DNA of 64,000 bases from Macrostomum hystrix. Its lineage: Eukaryota; Animalia; Platyhelminthes. The notes beneath the pieces are model-generated. The model was not told where the DNA came from, ran no database searches, and saw only the letters and a program-made list of their open reading frames with translations. The position numbers and the translations under genes are program-made. Positions 24,758 to 35,733 of this stretch are shown here, one piece after another (the first letter of the stretch is position 1; every line of letters begins with the position of its first letter). The stretch covers positions 21,762,001 through 21,826,000 of the forward strand of contig CATNEN010000001.1 of assembly GCA_950097015.1 (NCBI GenBank). The letters are read 5' to 3'.

Positions 24758-26319
24758 CCTGACCCCCTCCCAAGCATTCTTGACCTCCTGCAGGGAGTCA
24801 AAACGGGCGCCAGCGATCGCGGCTTTGACTTTGGGAAATAGTCATTGTTGCTATAGTCAGCGCTATAGTTGTGCTATCAGTCATGCTATAGTTGTTAATA
24901 GTCAGCGAATATCGCCACATTCGCTGGCATCCTAACAGTTGGATCACGATGGTGACCTCTGCCATCAGAGCCATCGTGACCTTCACGAAGCTGTTCAAAT
25001 ATGTGATATACTTGGCTCTGTGACAAGGCTTCGCTGCCGTAGATGGCCTGCAGGTGCTGCATGCACTCCTTGGCCGATCTCCCGGCCTAGAAGCAGTCAA
25101 CAACGATTTCGCGCTGTTTGACCATCATAAGAGGCAAGATAAGTGCTAGGAAATGCCGCAGGGTGGCAAAAGCTTCAGCAGTGACAAGAAACCATAAATA
25201 AGCTGCTGTTTCAGGAGTTATGTCCATAGACATTGAAAAATACTATTATAGATTTTCAGATTCATAGCTCACATCACAGATTCTACGAGTATATTACCTA
25301 TATAGAATAGGTACCTATATAGAATAGGTAATATAGAATCTGTGGCTCACATAGCTGATCTAATATTTGAGCAGTCCTATTTTTGGCCGGACAACCCTCC
25401 GTAAAATGCGATTCGTTCACGGCTTGGGGTGAATTTTAAATTAGAATTTTCGCGGCACAAGAAACTGATAAAGCCATTTTATCAAAACAACAGCACCAGC
25501 CGACTACGAGCTCAGCTTTGAGAAATTTAATTATTCACTTTAACTTCAGCTTTTTTAATTTAACCCCCAGTGAGACACATTAGATTGAGCACTTTATAAT
25601 TATTTTGAGTGTAGTTCACAAGCTTGCAATTACTATTTTATAATTTCCGCGCTTAAAATTATTCACTCGTATATTATTGCAACTTAATCCTTTTTTAATC
25701 TCCTAATTCTTCTCGATCCTCAAAATCTTCGCTTCCAAATCCACAAAATCTTCTCTTCCCATTCTCCCAAATATTCTGTTCTCAATCCCTAAATTTTTCT
25801 GTTCAAAATCTCCCATTCCTATTCTCCTAATTGTCTGTTCCCAATCTCCCAAGTATTCTCTTCCCAGTATCTAAACAGTTCCCAAATGATGAATCACTTT
25901 TCCAGCTAGCCTAAAGTTCATTGCAGAAATAAACAGCTACCATAAAGTGGTCTAAGTCCCGCAAAAAACTGGCGGGATCTTGGGAATCAATTTTCCACTC
26001 CAATTTCAATGACGCCTCACGTCTAGGATTTCTCTGTTTAAGCAAAACGCGGGCGGCAACTCCGGAAGTCCAGACTTCGATTAGATTTTTCGTATAGGCA
26101 GCTTCTCGTCTGCGTTTCGTATTTTATTTTATTCGATTTCTAAATCTGATACTAAAAATACGCCGACAAAGAAGTAGCGAGTGTGAAATTCCTCTAGGAG
26201 ACAGACAGATCGTGCGTGGTACAATGAGCCACTTCGTGACCAGCAATTTGCTAATCGATTCTTGCTTGTACTTGTTGCAGATTTGCAAGAAAATTGGCTC
26301 CATTTTTGGCTTTCAAGAC

Positions 26320-26797
26320 ACAGTGGACCTGACCTGCCCAACCACACTGATAACAGTGGACCTGACCTCCCCAACCTCCCCAACACTGATAACAGTGGAC
26401 CTGACCTGCCCAACCACACTGATAACAGTGGACCTGACCTGCCCAACCACACTGATAACAGTGGACCTGACCTGCCCAACCACACTGATAACAGTGGACC
26501 TGACCTCCCAACCACACTGATAACAGTGGACCTGACTCCCCAACCACACTGATAACAGTGGACCTGACCTGCCCAACCACACTGATAACAGTGGACCTGA
26601 CCTGCCCAACCACACTGATAACAGTGGACCTGACCTCCCAACCACACTGATAACAGTGGACCTGACTCCCCAACCACACTGATAACAGTGGACCTGACCT
26701 GCCCAACCACACTGATAACAGTGGACCTGACCGCCCAACCACACTGATAACAGTGGACCTGACTCCCCAATCACACTGAGAACAGTGGACCTGACCT
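26320..26797. repeat. 32-33-bp minisatellite (CAGTGGACCTGACCTGCCCAACCACACTGATAA)n
   Basis: Directly visible. Confidence 0.95.
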
Positions 26798-28302
26798 TTC
26801 ATGAACTGAGCTCTCAAAAACCTATGAAATCAGATTTACTTACACACTGATAATTAACTTCTGAAAATTTACCATTTTTTAGAAAGTAAGCATAATTGTA
26901 TGTATTTATTTAATTTATATCAAAAACTTTATAAGTGTACACGAATTCTTTCTCACTTACACATACATATTATTTACTGATCTTATTTTTTGTAACAATA
27001 TATCTTCCAGTGTTGCTGGCATAACTTACTGAATTGTTCTCACCTTGAAAAAAATTTGTGGGTAACAATAGCGATGATCTGCTTAGGGACATAATCTTGT
27101 GGCAAGTGTTAAACATTTTTTTCGCATGGTTGCAAAGGAAAACATCTCGAAAAAAACGATTAATTCATTCTGCATGGAAATCGATTTCTATAGTCTACTT
27201 AACGGGAAATAAAAAACATAGAGATGGAATATTTTTAAGCTTCATTAGGCGACTGAAAAATGAACGACTGGTCATAACCAATTTACCTTTAAATAAGTCA
27301 TTCGACCACGTTAATGACTATTTAATAGTCATCAGACCATATTAATGATAGTTTTGACGAATAAAAACATTAATTAAAAAAAATGATCCGATTTTTTTAA
27401 CGAAAGCGTAAATATCCGACTGTGCAAACGAAACACAATAGAAAGATTTAACGCTATTGAAAACTCTTATACATGCATGCAGATTAATAAAGAAATATGT
27501 TATTTTAACAGAAAACGATTGCAGACAATACCTACACTTGCAAATCAAGGGGGAAATGAATGATAAAATTATGCATCTTATGATTTTCTATTGTTTTTTA
27601 TAACGCAAAAAACAACGACGAAATAATCACAATTGAAAGAAAAATCGACACACAAGAGTCGACCACGTGTTCAAGAATAGTGTGAACTGTATATCATTTT
27701 GTTTATTATCGACAAGGTCTGAATCTAAAAAAATCGATTTGCTTCCGTATGACACTACCGGCAGTAGGTAAGCTAAGCAAAATAGCATTCTTTTATGTAT
27801 TGTAGAATAAGAATTAAAAAACAGATTTTTTATCGTCGAATAAACTGAAATTTGTAAAAAAATCTCAAGTGAAAGATTTATACAAGCGCATAGATTTGTA
27901 ATGAACAGAAAAATAACACAGTAAACAGTGTCTAACGTAACGCATACTAAAAGTTAGTAGCACATAGAAATAATATTATAATAATTAAAAGACAATGGAG
28001 GCGCATGAAAAGAAGCAGTTCAGAACAGACAGACAGTGAGACACGCTGAGAAATCCACGCTAGACACTACTTACACAGTAGTGTATTTTAATATTTTAAA
28101 TAACGTTGAAATTGTCGTTGTTATTATGATAGCCGACCAACAATCTTTGGCCTGAGTTAACGCACTTAAAAACAAACGATTTATTTTCAATTAGTTAGTT
28201 GCAAAACTTGACAGACAGTCTAGTTATATAATAAAAACACCGATGAATTAACAGATGACAAAAAACTACCATAGTTTCCATAAAAAACTACACTCCGAGG
28301 CC

Positions 28303-31175
28303 TTACTTGCAGCAGCCGCCACCGCCGCGGGCGCCGGGGTCGTTAGCGCCACCTCCGCCTTGAAGTCGCTGGCCTCCGACGCCGGGACCCGCGCCAACGT
28401 CGCCAAGCTGGGTTAGCCGCTTAGCAACGGATAAAAACAAATCGTTCACATTCATGGCTGTCTTGGCGCTGGCTTCCATGAAGATCAGGCCTTTGTCTTC
28501 GGCGAATTGCTGAGCTTCGGACAAGTCGACAAGTCGCTGCTGCTGCAGGTCGACTTTGTTGCCAGCCAGTGCCACAACTTTAACGGCCGTGGCTTTTTCG
28601 TTTAGTTCGCGAATCCACGACTTGGCTCGCTGGAAACTGTCCGCGCTGGTAATGTCGTAGACTACAATGGCCGCCTGAGCACCGCGATAGTACATTGGAG
28701 CTAGCGAGTTGTAACGCTCCTGCCCAGCAGTTTGAGTACAGGTTGAGTGAGTCATTATTTTTGGCTATTCTAGCACAGGTTGGGGTCCATTCTATTAGGA
28801 CAGGTTAGGGTCCATTCTATTAGGGCAGGTTGGGGTCTATTCTATTAGGACAAGTTGGGGTCTATTATACTAGGACAGGTTGACGTCTATTCTATTAGGA
28901 CAGGTTGGGGTCTATACCTCAACCTGTCTATACCTCAACAGGTTGGGGTTGGAAAATTCACCCGATCATTTTTGGTCAAATGCGATAACGTTGGCGTATT
29001 TCGACCATGTATTCGATAACAAAAATCGATTCAATTCCGATTCAGACTCGTTTTTCGATACTACATGTACAATCGCCCAATTATCGTATTTGTTATCGGG
29101 CGAGTTTTAATGACAGAAAAATTGGATTACAGAATCGATTCACTTCTGATTCAAATTCGATTTTTTTCACGCGATTATGACCCAGTTATCGGATTTATTA
29201 TTGGGTGAGATGCACTAGCTTCTGATTCAAACGCGATTTTCACGCGATGATGGCCCAGTTATTGAGTGACATGAACCCATTTTCTTATAATTCCTAATTG
29301 CAGACTCGCCTCGACTTAATTTCCAAATGAAAAAATGCACCTTGATCGCAACTATCTCTATAAACATACAGTTTAAATGTTCAGCGTAACGTGATACAGT
29401 AACAGCGATTATAAGTCACAATATAAATGCTGAGATGCATGTCTTAGTAGCATGGATGCTAATGCACAGAGTACATTAAGTAACCCTAAGCGTAGCTACC
29501 AACTGCAAAAAGTGTGACTAGACCAATTCTCTTGAACTGCAGCCAGCAAACCAAGAAAGTAAAACTTTGTAAAGCATAACACTGTCCTTTTATTGTTTAC
29601 AAATTCGGCCAAATGAATTACGCAGAATACGCAACACACATACTTAGTTCAAATTTTTATTACTATTATTAAGATGCGTTAGTATGTGTAATTCAATTCT
29701 TGATAAAATTCGCCAGCCCAAAAACACCAGTACACTTTTTTAGCGCTTATTTGACCAAATGCCGCATTCTATAATAACCAGCGGATTTTCTTTTCAGACA
29801 GCCTGAGCTGGCCCATGTCTTTAAGAAAATCAATAAGAACAGAATACTATTCTTTAACAACAGAGCCGATTTAATTCAGCCAATGGACTTTTGTCAGTTT
29901 CAGTTTCTAATGAAGTGTCTGTCTTTTTTCAATGTTCAGTATTTTTCGATTTTCCGCAGACGACTTTTGTAGCCACAGACTACTGTGAATTTGGTCTTAA
30001 AGTGCTAAAAAGTGTAGACACTGTGCTGTAACTGCTGTTGCTTCTTAATCAGCCATTAAAATTGAAAATCTGAAAAGGTTCTTAGATTTGTACACACGAT
30101 TTGCTATTCACCGAAAAGCTGTTTTACTTTTAAGCCTCATTAAACAAGTCCTAACAGGCTTGAAGCGACTTTGCCAATCAGTGATGATACAGTGTGAGTT
30201 GATCACTCCTCCACAGGTGCGAGGCTGTATTGCCCCCTCGCTGATTCAGACCCAGTAAAAGTTTATCAGTCCTTAACACCACTCCTTAACGGGTGCTTTA
30301 ATTAACCAAAAAGATCTGGGTAAATTTAATAGATAGAAAACTGAAGACACTCCGAGTGAAGTGATATATACAGGCAAGTATAAAGAGAAAATACAGAAGG
30401 CATAAATGCTTGATTCAGACCAAGTTATCGTGCAAGTGTCCAGTTCAAATGCGATTTGGGAAAACACGTTTAATTAAAAATATTGTGTTTTTTTGTCGGG
30501 TCTGTTTATCGGTTTTTTTGAATCGATTCACTCAAAAGTATCGGGTAAGAATCTGAATATTCACCCGACTCTTGCAAACCCACAAAACACAAGGTATCGG
30601 AATGTTATCGTCTTTGCAAACATGATTCACGCATAATTATCGAGATAAAATCGGAAATTTAGCTCGGTAATTTTCAAATCTGATAACGCAACAAGTTATT
30701 GCGTCTGTTATCGGGTGTCTCACCCCATTCTCCAAGTCAACATGATAATTGCACCCAATTTGCAAGTTATCGTGTGAAGTTATTTGGTGAATTTCCTAGA
30801 GGGATTCTATTAGTTCAGGTTGGGGTCTATTTACGAGTAACTTGGACTGGTTGAGCAAAAGTTAGAGCAAAGTAAAATTCTATAGATTGAGGAAGCCATT
30901 TCTTGTTGACTGTGCAAGCCTCTAAAAACTGTTATGTAAGTGAATTATTGGTAAATTATTTTATTTTTACTTACCTGTCCAGCAGTATCCCAGATCTCAA
31001 ACTTGACTGTGACATCATCCACAACCACAGTTTGAGTTAAAAAGGCTGCACCAATTGTTGATTCCTGATATTCATGAAATTGGCCCTTGACAAATCTTAG
31101 AACCAAAGAGGACTTGCCAACAGCAGATTCACCTAGGAGGACCAGCTTGAACTGGCACTGCCGACCAGACTGCAT
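28303..31175 (-). CDS. RAB5: Rab5 small GTPase; exons 31175-30975 and 28719-28303 (205 aa)
   Basis: [37 protein letters not shown]|[23 protein letters not shown] and C-terminal CCK prenylation signal. Phase-0 GT-AG intron. Confidence 0.96.
28951..30797. mobile_element. Putative non-autonomous TIR element inside the Rab5 intron
   Basis: Imperfect inverted ends GGAAAATTCACC / GGTGAATTTCC and subterminal TTATCG / CGATAA motifs. It interrupts a 25-bp repeat (TTCTATTAGGACAGGTTGGGGTCTA) present on both sides. No TSD identified. Confidence 0.4.
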
Positions 31176-32249
31176 AGTTAAGAACTTAATAATATAAAAC
31201 TGGAAAATATATATGCTAGCAAATCTGACTTGTGAAATGGATCTGTAGATTTGGCTTTAGCTTTTGTGAGCTTCTTGCTGAAAATTAAGGAAATTTAAGT
31301 GCAAGTAGATTTTTATTTAAAAAGTGCACAATATATATTTTTTCTTTTGCTACCTTACTTGTGTTACAAAGAGCAAATATAAAAGATATTTCTGTTTGCA
31401 AAAATGAAACTCTTAGTTACATTTTAAATTGAATATACTGAGGTAGATACAAATTGATATATCCCATTCAATATGTATCTATAGACAAGTATGTAAATAT
31501 GTATGATCAAAAACAATCACTCATTGATTTTAGAATTAAAAATTAAGAATTAAATGTAAATAAACAAACAAAATTACATTAAATTGGTAAAATTCTGTAG
31601 TTTGCTAAATTATGACAGGGTCCATTTATGCTGGTGAGACAAATATAGAGTTTGCAATAACACTTTTACACATATATTTTGTCTACAACATGTTACAGAG
31701 CATTATCTACAACATACTATACATTTGTGTTGTATTTTATGTATGTTATTATTGTATTGAGGCTTTTTTTGCCAAGTGCTCCCACCTCAAGTGGCAATTT
31801 GTTGATTCTTAAACACTAAAATAGTAAATTAGTACTTCAACAAACGTAAAGGATATTAATAAAAAAATATTTAAATTTCAGCATTCTGCATGACATAAGA
31901 GTAAAAGACACAAGCTACAAGTCTGTATAAAGACCAAAAGAAACCACTAAAGTATTGGGGGGGCAAGATAATTTAATAACAAACAATTGGTAACAGACAC
32001 TTAGTAACAAGAACATACATGTGCAACCTCCCAAATCTTAGGTAGAGTAGCTCGCTTGACAACAATTAAATAGAGAAAACTCAGAATCAACATTTAAATT
32101 TTCTTAGAATTTTGCCAATGCATTTCGACCACAATTATTTAGAAGTCACAAGTTGATTCCCAGCTCCGGGTTTTGTTCCGCATGGAAAAGATTGCTCAGT
32201 TTGTCTGCAGGATGAAGTCCCATGTTCCTAGACCACTTGTCTAGGTGTC

Positions 32250-32546
32250 GTGTATAAATTTCATTGTTCTGTGGATCAGAACATCTCCTACATAGGTAAA
32301 ACTAAGCGACACTTGTACACAAGGGTTAAGGAGCATTGGATTAGAAATTCTGCCATCAATGAGCACTTTCTCTTGTGTAACTCCTGTTGCAATAAGAACT
32401 TTTGTGATATGTTTAAAGTGATTGATTCCTGTAGCCAAGAAAACAAATTGAAAATTCTCAAGGCTATGTACATTAAGGCTCAGAAACCATATTTGAACAG
32501 TCAGTTAGCTATGGGGGGTGCAAGCTGCCAACTCAATGTGTTTTAG
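32250..32546 (+). pseudogene. GIY-YIG endonuclease domain remnant of a Penelope-like element
   Basis: VYKFHC..SYIGKTKRHLYTRVKEH..SAINEH..FKVID..LKILKAMYIKAQKPYLN. The conserved Glu of the usual LEA motif reads Lys, and the frame is broken upstream. Confidence 0.85.
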
Positions 32547-32697
32547 CTATGGTAGAAGCGTTGTTGAACTTTATTTGGTTGTTGTTTTTTTCTCTTGTTA
32601 ACTGGACTGGACCGAAATTGATTCGCACTTTGCAATGTACAGTTTTCATTTCTTAAAAATATATATAACTTGGTTCTGTGTGTTTAATTGATGTGTC

Positions 32698-32737
32698 TGC
32701 CCTGAAGATGACCGATTGTGGTCAAAATGCATTGGCA
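32698..32737 (+). ncRNA. Minimal type I hammerhead ribozyme of the Penelope-like element (GAAA box mutated to AAAA in this copy)
   Basis: Stem I TGCC/GGCA, core CTGAAGA, stem II GACC-gattgt-GGTC, (G>A)AAA, palindromic AATGCATT stem III. The inverted copy at 32123-32130 retains GGTCGAAA. Confidence 0.75.
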
Positions 32738-33444
32738 AAATTCTAAGAAAATTTAAATGTTGATTCTGAGTTTTCTCCCAAATCTTAGCCAGCCGTGCGA
32801 CTTAGTTTTTGCTCTATTTACGACTTGATTTGCTCTCATTTGCTCCTTTCCTCTCCCCTTTTTCCTCTTTTTCACGCCTTCCTTATTTCTCCCTTGGTCC
32901 CCCCTTTGTGCTTGGTGGATTGGTTTTTACGACTTAACTTGCTTGGCCCTTGTTTCACCTGGCCAGGTGTTGCGCATGTATGAACAAGAAACCTGGAAAC
33001 TTTTAGTAACACTCAGTACATTTTGTAAGATACTGAGACATTTTGGAAACACACATAGTTCAACCTATCTGATACATTCAGCATTGCCATATTAAATTTG
33101 AAATATGCCTTTACATACCCAAACTATGGTTGTCTCATACATTACATATTAAAGGTCTAATTCAAAGATCAATGTGCTTGTAATCTTAGGTACTCCTAAA
33201 GATAAATCATATTTTGATTTTAATTCTTGAAATTTTGATTAAAAATTAGATTTGAACTTTGAAACAGTTTTATCAAACTAGATTTAGAAAAACTTTGGTG
33301 CAAGTTAACAAAACAAGTTAGTTTCTCTCTAGCACAATACAGAAGTAAGAATCAAAACCACAAACTAGAGCTGAAAAAATAGCACATGGCTGGTGACAAA
33401 AATCAATATATATTAATAATAATAATTCATAATTAATAACAATA

Positions 33445-33728
33445 CTTGCCCCAATTGGGTCACATGTGCAGCCGACAGCACAGCCACAGCTAATGCGCTG
33501 CGCATCTGAAGGCTGTGTACAGCTGTTCAGTCCATGGACTGGGGGGACGCCACACCTACCTTCAATTATCCCAGCTGATGCTGGTACCCATTAAATAGCT
33601 GGGTGAACTGAAGCAATGCAGAGTTAAGTGTCTTGCTAAAGGACACAAATTGTTCAGGGGAGTCGGAAATTGAACCCCGACATTCAAGTTGTGAGTCCGA
33701 TGCCCTAACCACTAAGCTACAACCTCTC
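33445..33728 (-). mobile_element. tRNA-derived SINE, family B, with CORE-like central block
   Basis: Minus strand TAGCTTAGTGG (A box), GGTTCAATTTCC (B box), then GCAAGACACTTAAC...CACCCAGCT...AATGGGTACC. Related fragments at about 885-910, 6043-6140, 42676-42705 and 54040-54217. Confidence 0.75.
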
Positions 33729-34160
33729 CTAGGCTATCCTATTTTAATACACTTGCTAATATATTAATACTTGCTAATACAAAAACCAAACTGGACAATC
33801 ATAAAAACTAGGCCCAAATTTAACTTATTTAGTATTAGTACTAGGCCTAATTATACAGACTTTTGCCCTCCTTTTTAAGGTACAAAACCAATAGCCAAGG
33901 AGCAAGAGTAACCACAGGATATGTTGAATTGAAAATGTAACAAAATGTGTTTACTGTCCACTGTGATAATGTCAGAATAGTATATCATATATGAAGCCTT
34001 GTTCCTATATAGATGAGATAGGAGTTTTACATAGCAACTAGCATACTCAATTCTCACTTGACCAACATTGGTTTACTCATTGCGAATTTGTTGATATCCA
34101 ATATCCAATCAAACATGCATGTAATTTGGCCACATACTAGATTAGTATGTTGTTCAGCCT

Positions 34161-34854
34161 GGAAACAGTCCATTTCGGCGACAAGTCATTTCGGCGACAA
34201 CCATTTCGGCGACAAGTCATTTCGGCGACAACCATTTCGGCGACAATACTTTTGAAGCCGTGGAACAAATTTATTTTATTTATTTATTTTTTACTTTTAT
34301 TTAAATCAAATAAAAGAAGCCACAAATCGGCAGAAGCGCGGAACTGAGGGTAGGAGAGGAATTTAGAATGTGAGCAGTGGACCAATCAGAAGGGAGGAAA
34401 GAACGAAAGGATAGAGAATGAGAGATCAGCCGCAGAGATAACGAGAGAGAAAGAACTAGACTGAACTGGACGATGTAAACAAGAAAAGTGCAGAGAACGA
34501 AAGAGTGAATAGAGGACAGAAGGCAGAGACGAAAGTCGCGACAGCACTTCTACCTGTGTAGAATAATGAAGTCAATAACAAACATGTTAGTTATAAAATA
34601 TTGGTGACGGCAAACGATGCTACTTATAAGTTAGACAGGTGAGGTTGACGCACATAGAGTGCGGACCAAACTGATCCAAACTCGCTATTTATATTACATG
34701 TTAAAACAAATACTATAACAGGAATACATTAACAAGTAGAAGAATCAAATACACAACATACTCAATAAGCAAACACTAGGCCTATCAGATCCATTATTAC
34801 TGCGGTTTCGATGTTTGTCGCCGAAATGACTTGTCGCCGAAATGGACCGGATTC
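34161..34854. mobile_element. MULE/Mutator-type MITE with subterminal tandem repeats
   Basis: TIRs built from (CATTTCGGCGACAA) repeats (five left, two right) and a 9-bp TSD GTTCAGCCT at 34152-34160 and 34855-34863. Confidence 0.88.
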
Positions 34855-35733
34855 GTTCAGCCTCACTGCCTCAGTCTAAATCAGACAGAAATCCCATAAT
34901 TTTGGCATTGATGAAATACAAGAGATTTTAAATCTGACTACTGCTTTAGTTTTAGAAAGAAATGGATTTAAATTTCGAAACAGAAAAGCAAAATTCCGAT
35001 TTTGATTCGAAATTTCAGTTTCGATCCATCTTTCAGTGCGCCCCAAAGCATATGCCTCCTTAAAAACAAGTATTTACTATTGCCTTCCTTGCCTAAGCTA
35101 GACCACGACTTGGTAAGACTATGCCAAGGAATATAAAGTGCAATATCTTAACTTTTGGCAAAAATGTAAATAATTCGACTGCGATTTTACGATTTACAGC
35201 TCGTTTGCAATTCTTTTACAGTTCTAATTCTCTGCGCGGTTCGAATATATATTATGATATATTATACAATACACCCAATTTTTACTATAGGAGTATATAT
35301 TTTAGATAGTATATTATCCTAGCGTAAATAGTCTAAATACATACCACTGTAAGGCAAGTGTTGAATCCAATTTTAAGAGAACTGAATTTTAAAAAGAACC
35401 AAACCATTTAATATAATTCGAATAAGTGTAATTTTAATTTTAAGAAAGCAAATATTACTGACTTTAACAAATATAACAAGGCAAATTAATAAATAAGCAT
35501 TAAAAAAGAGCAAACTAGCTTGTTTTTTCTAAAAAATATAAGCAAAAACTTTTTTCCTTGGTAATATAATGTTAGTGATTTATATTTTAAGACTCCCGAT
35601 TTCTGAGATTTTGGGTAACACTATTTATTTCTTTTGAATACACTTTTAATCTGGACAAGTTTTGCCTTTATCAACTTTAAAATAATCTCAATAAGTTGTA
35701 TTGTAAGTTACGAACTGTAGCTTGTAATAGGAT

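Larger units (their letters stand above)
32042..32774 (+). mobile_element. 5'-truncated Penelope-like element with an inverted terminal segment
   Basis: GIY-YIG ORF remnant and a minimal hammerhead near the 3' end. 32072-32134 is the inverted copy of about 32716-32777. 14-bp TSD CTCCCAAATCTTAG (32028-32041, 32775-32788). Confidence 0.88.
32014..32982. mobile_element. hAT-type MITE (about 220 bp) interrupted by a Penelope-like insertion
   Basis: TIRs CATACATG(T/C)GCAAC / GTTGCGCATGTATG and 8-bp TSD AACAAGAA (32006-32013, 32983-32990). Uninterrupted copy at 60888-61129. Confidence 0.9.

Noticed and set aside
23425-24801. 445-aa and 436-aa heptad-repeat ORFs resembling coiled-coil or antifreeze proteins
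   Set aside because: The 21-bp unit is open on both strands, with no synonymous-site pattern or flanking gene structure.
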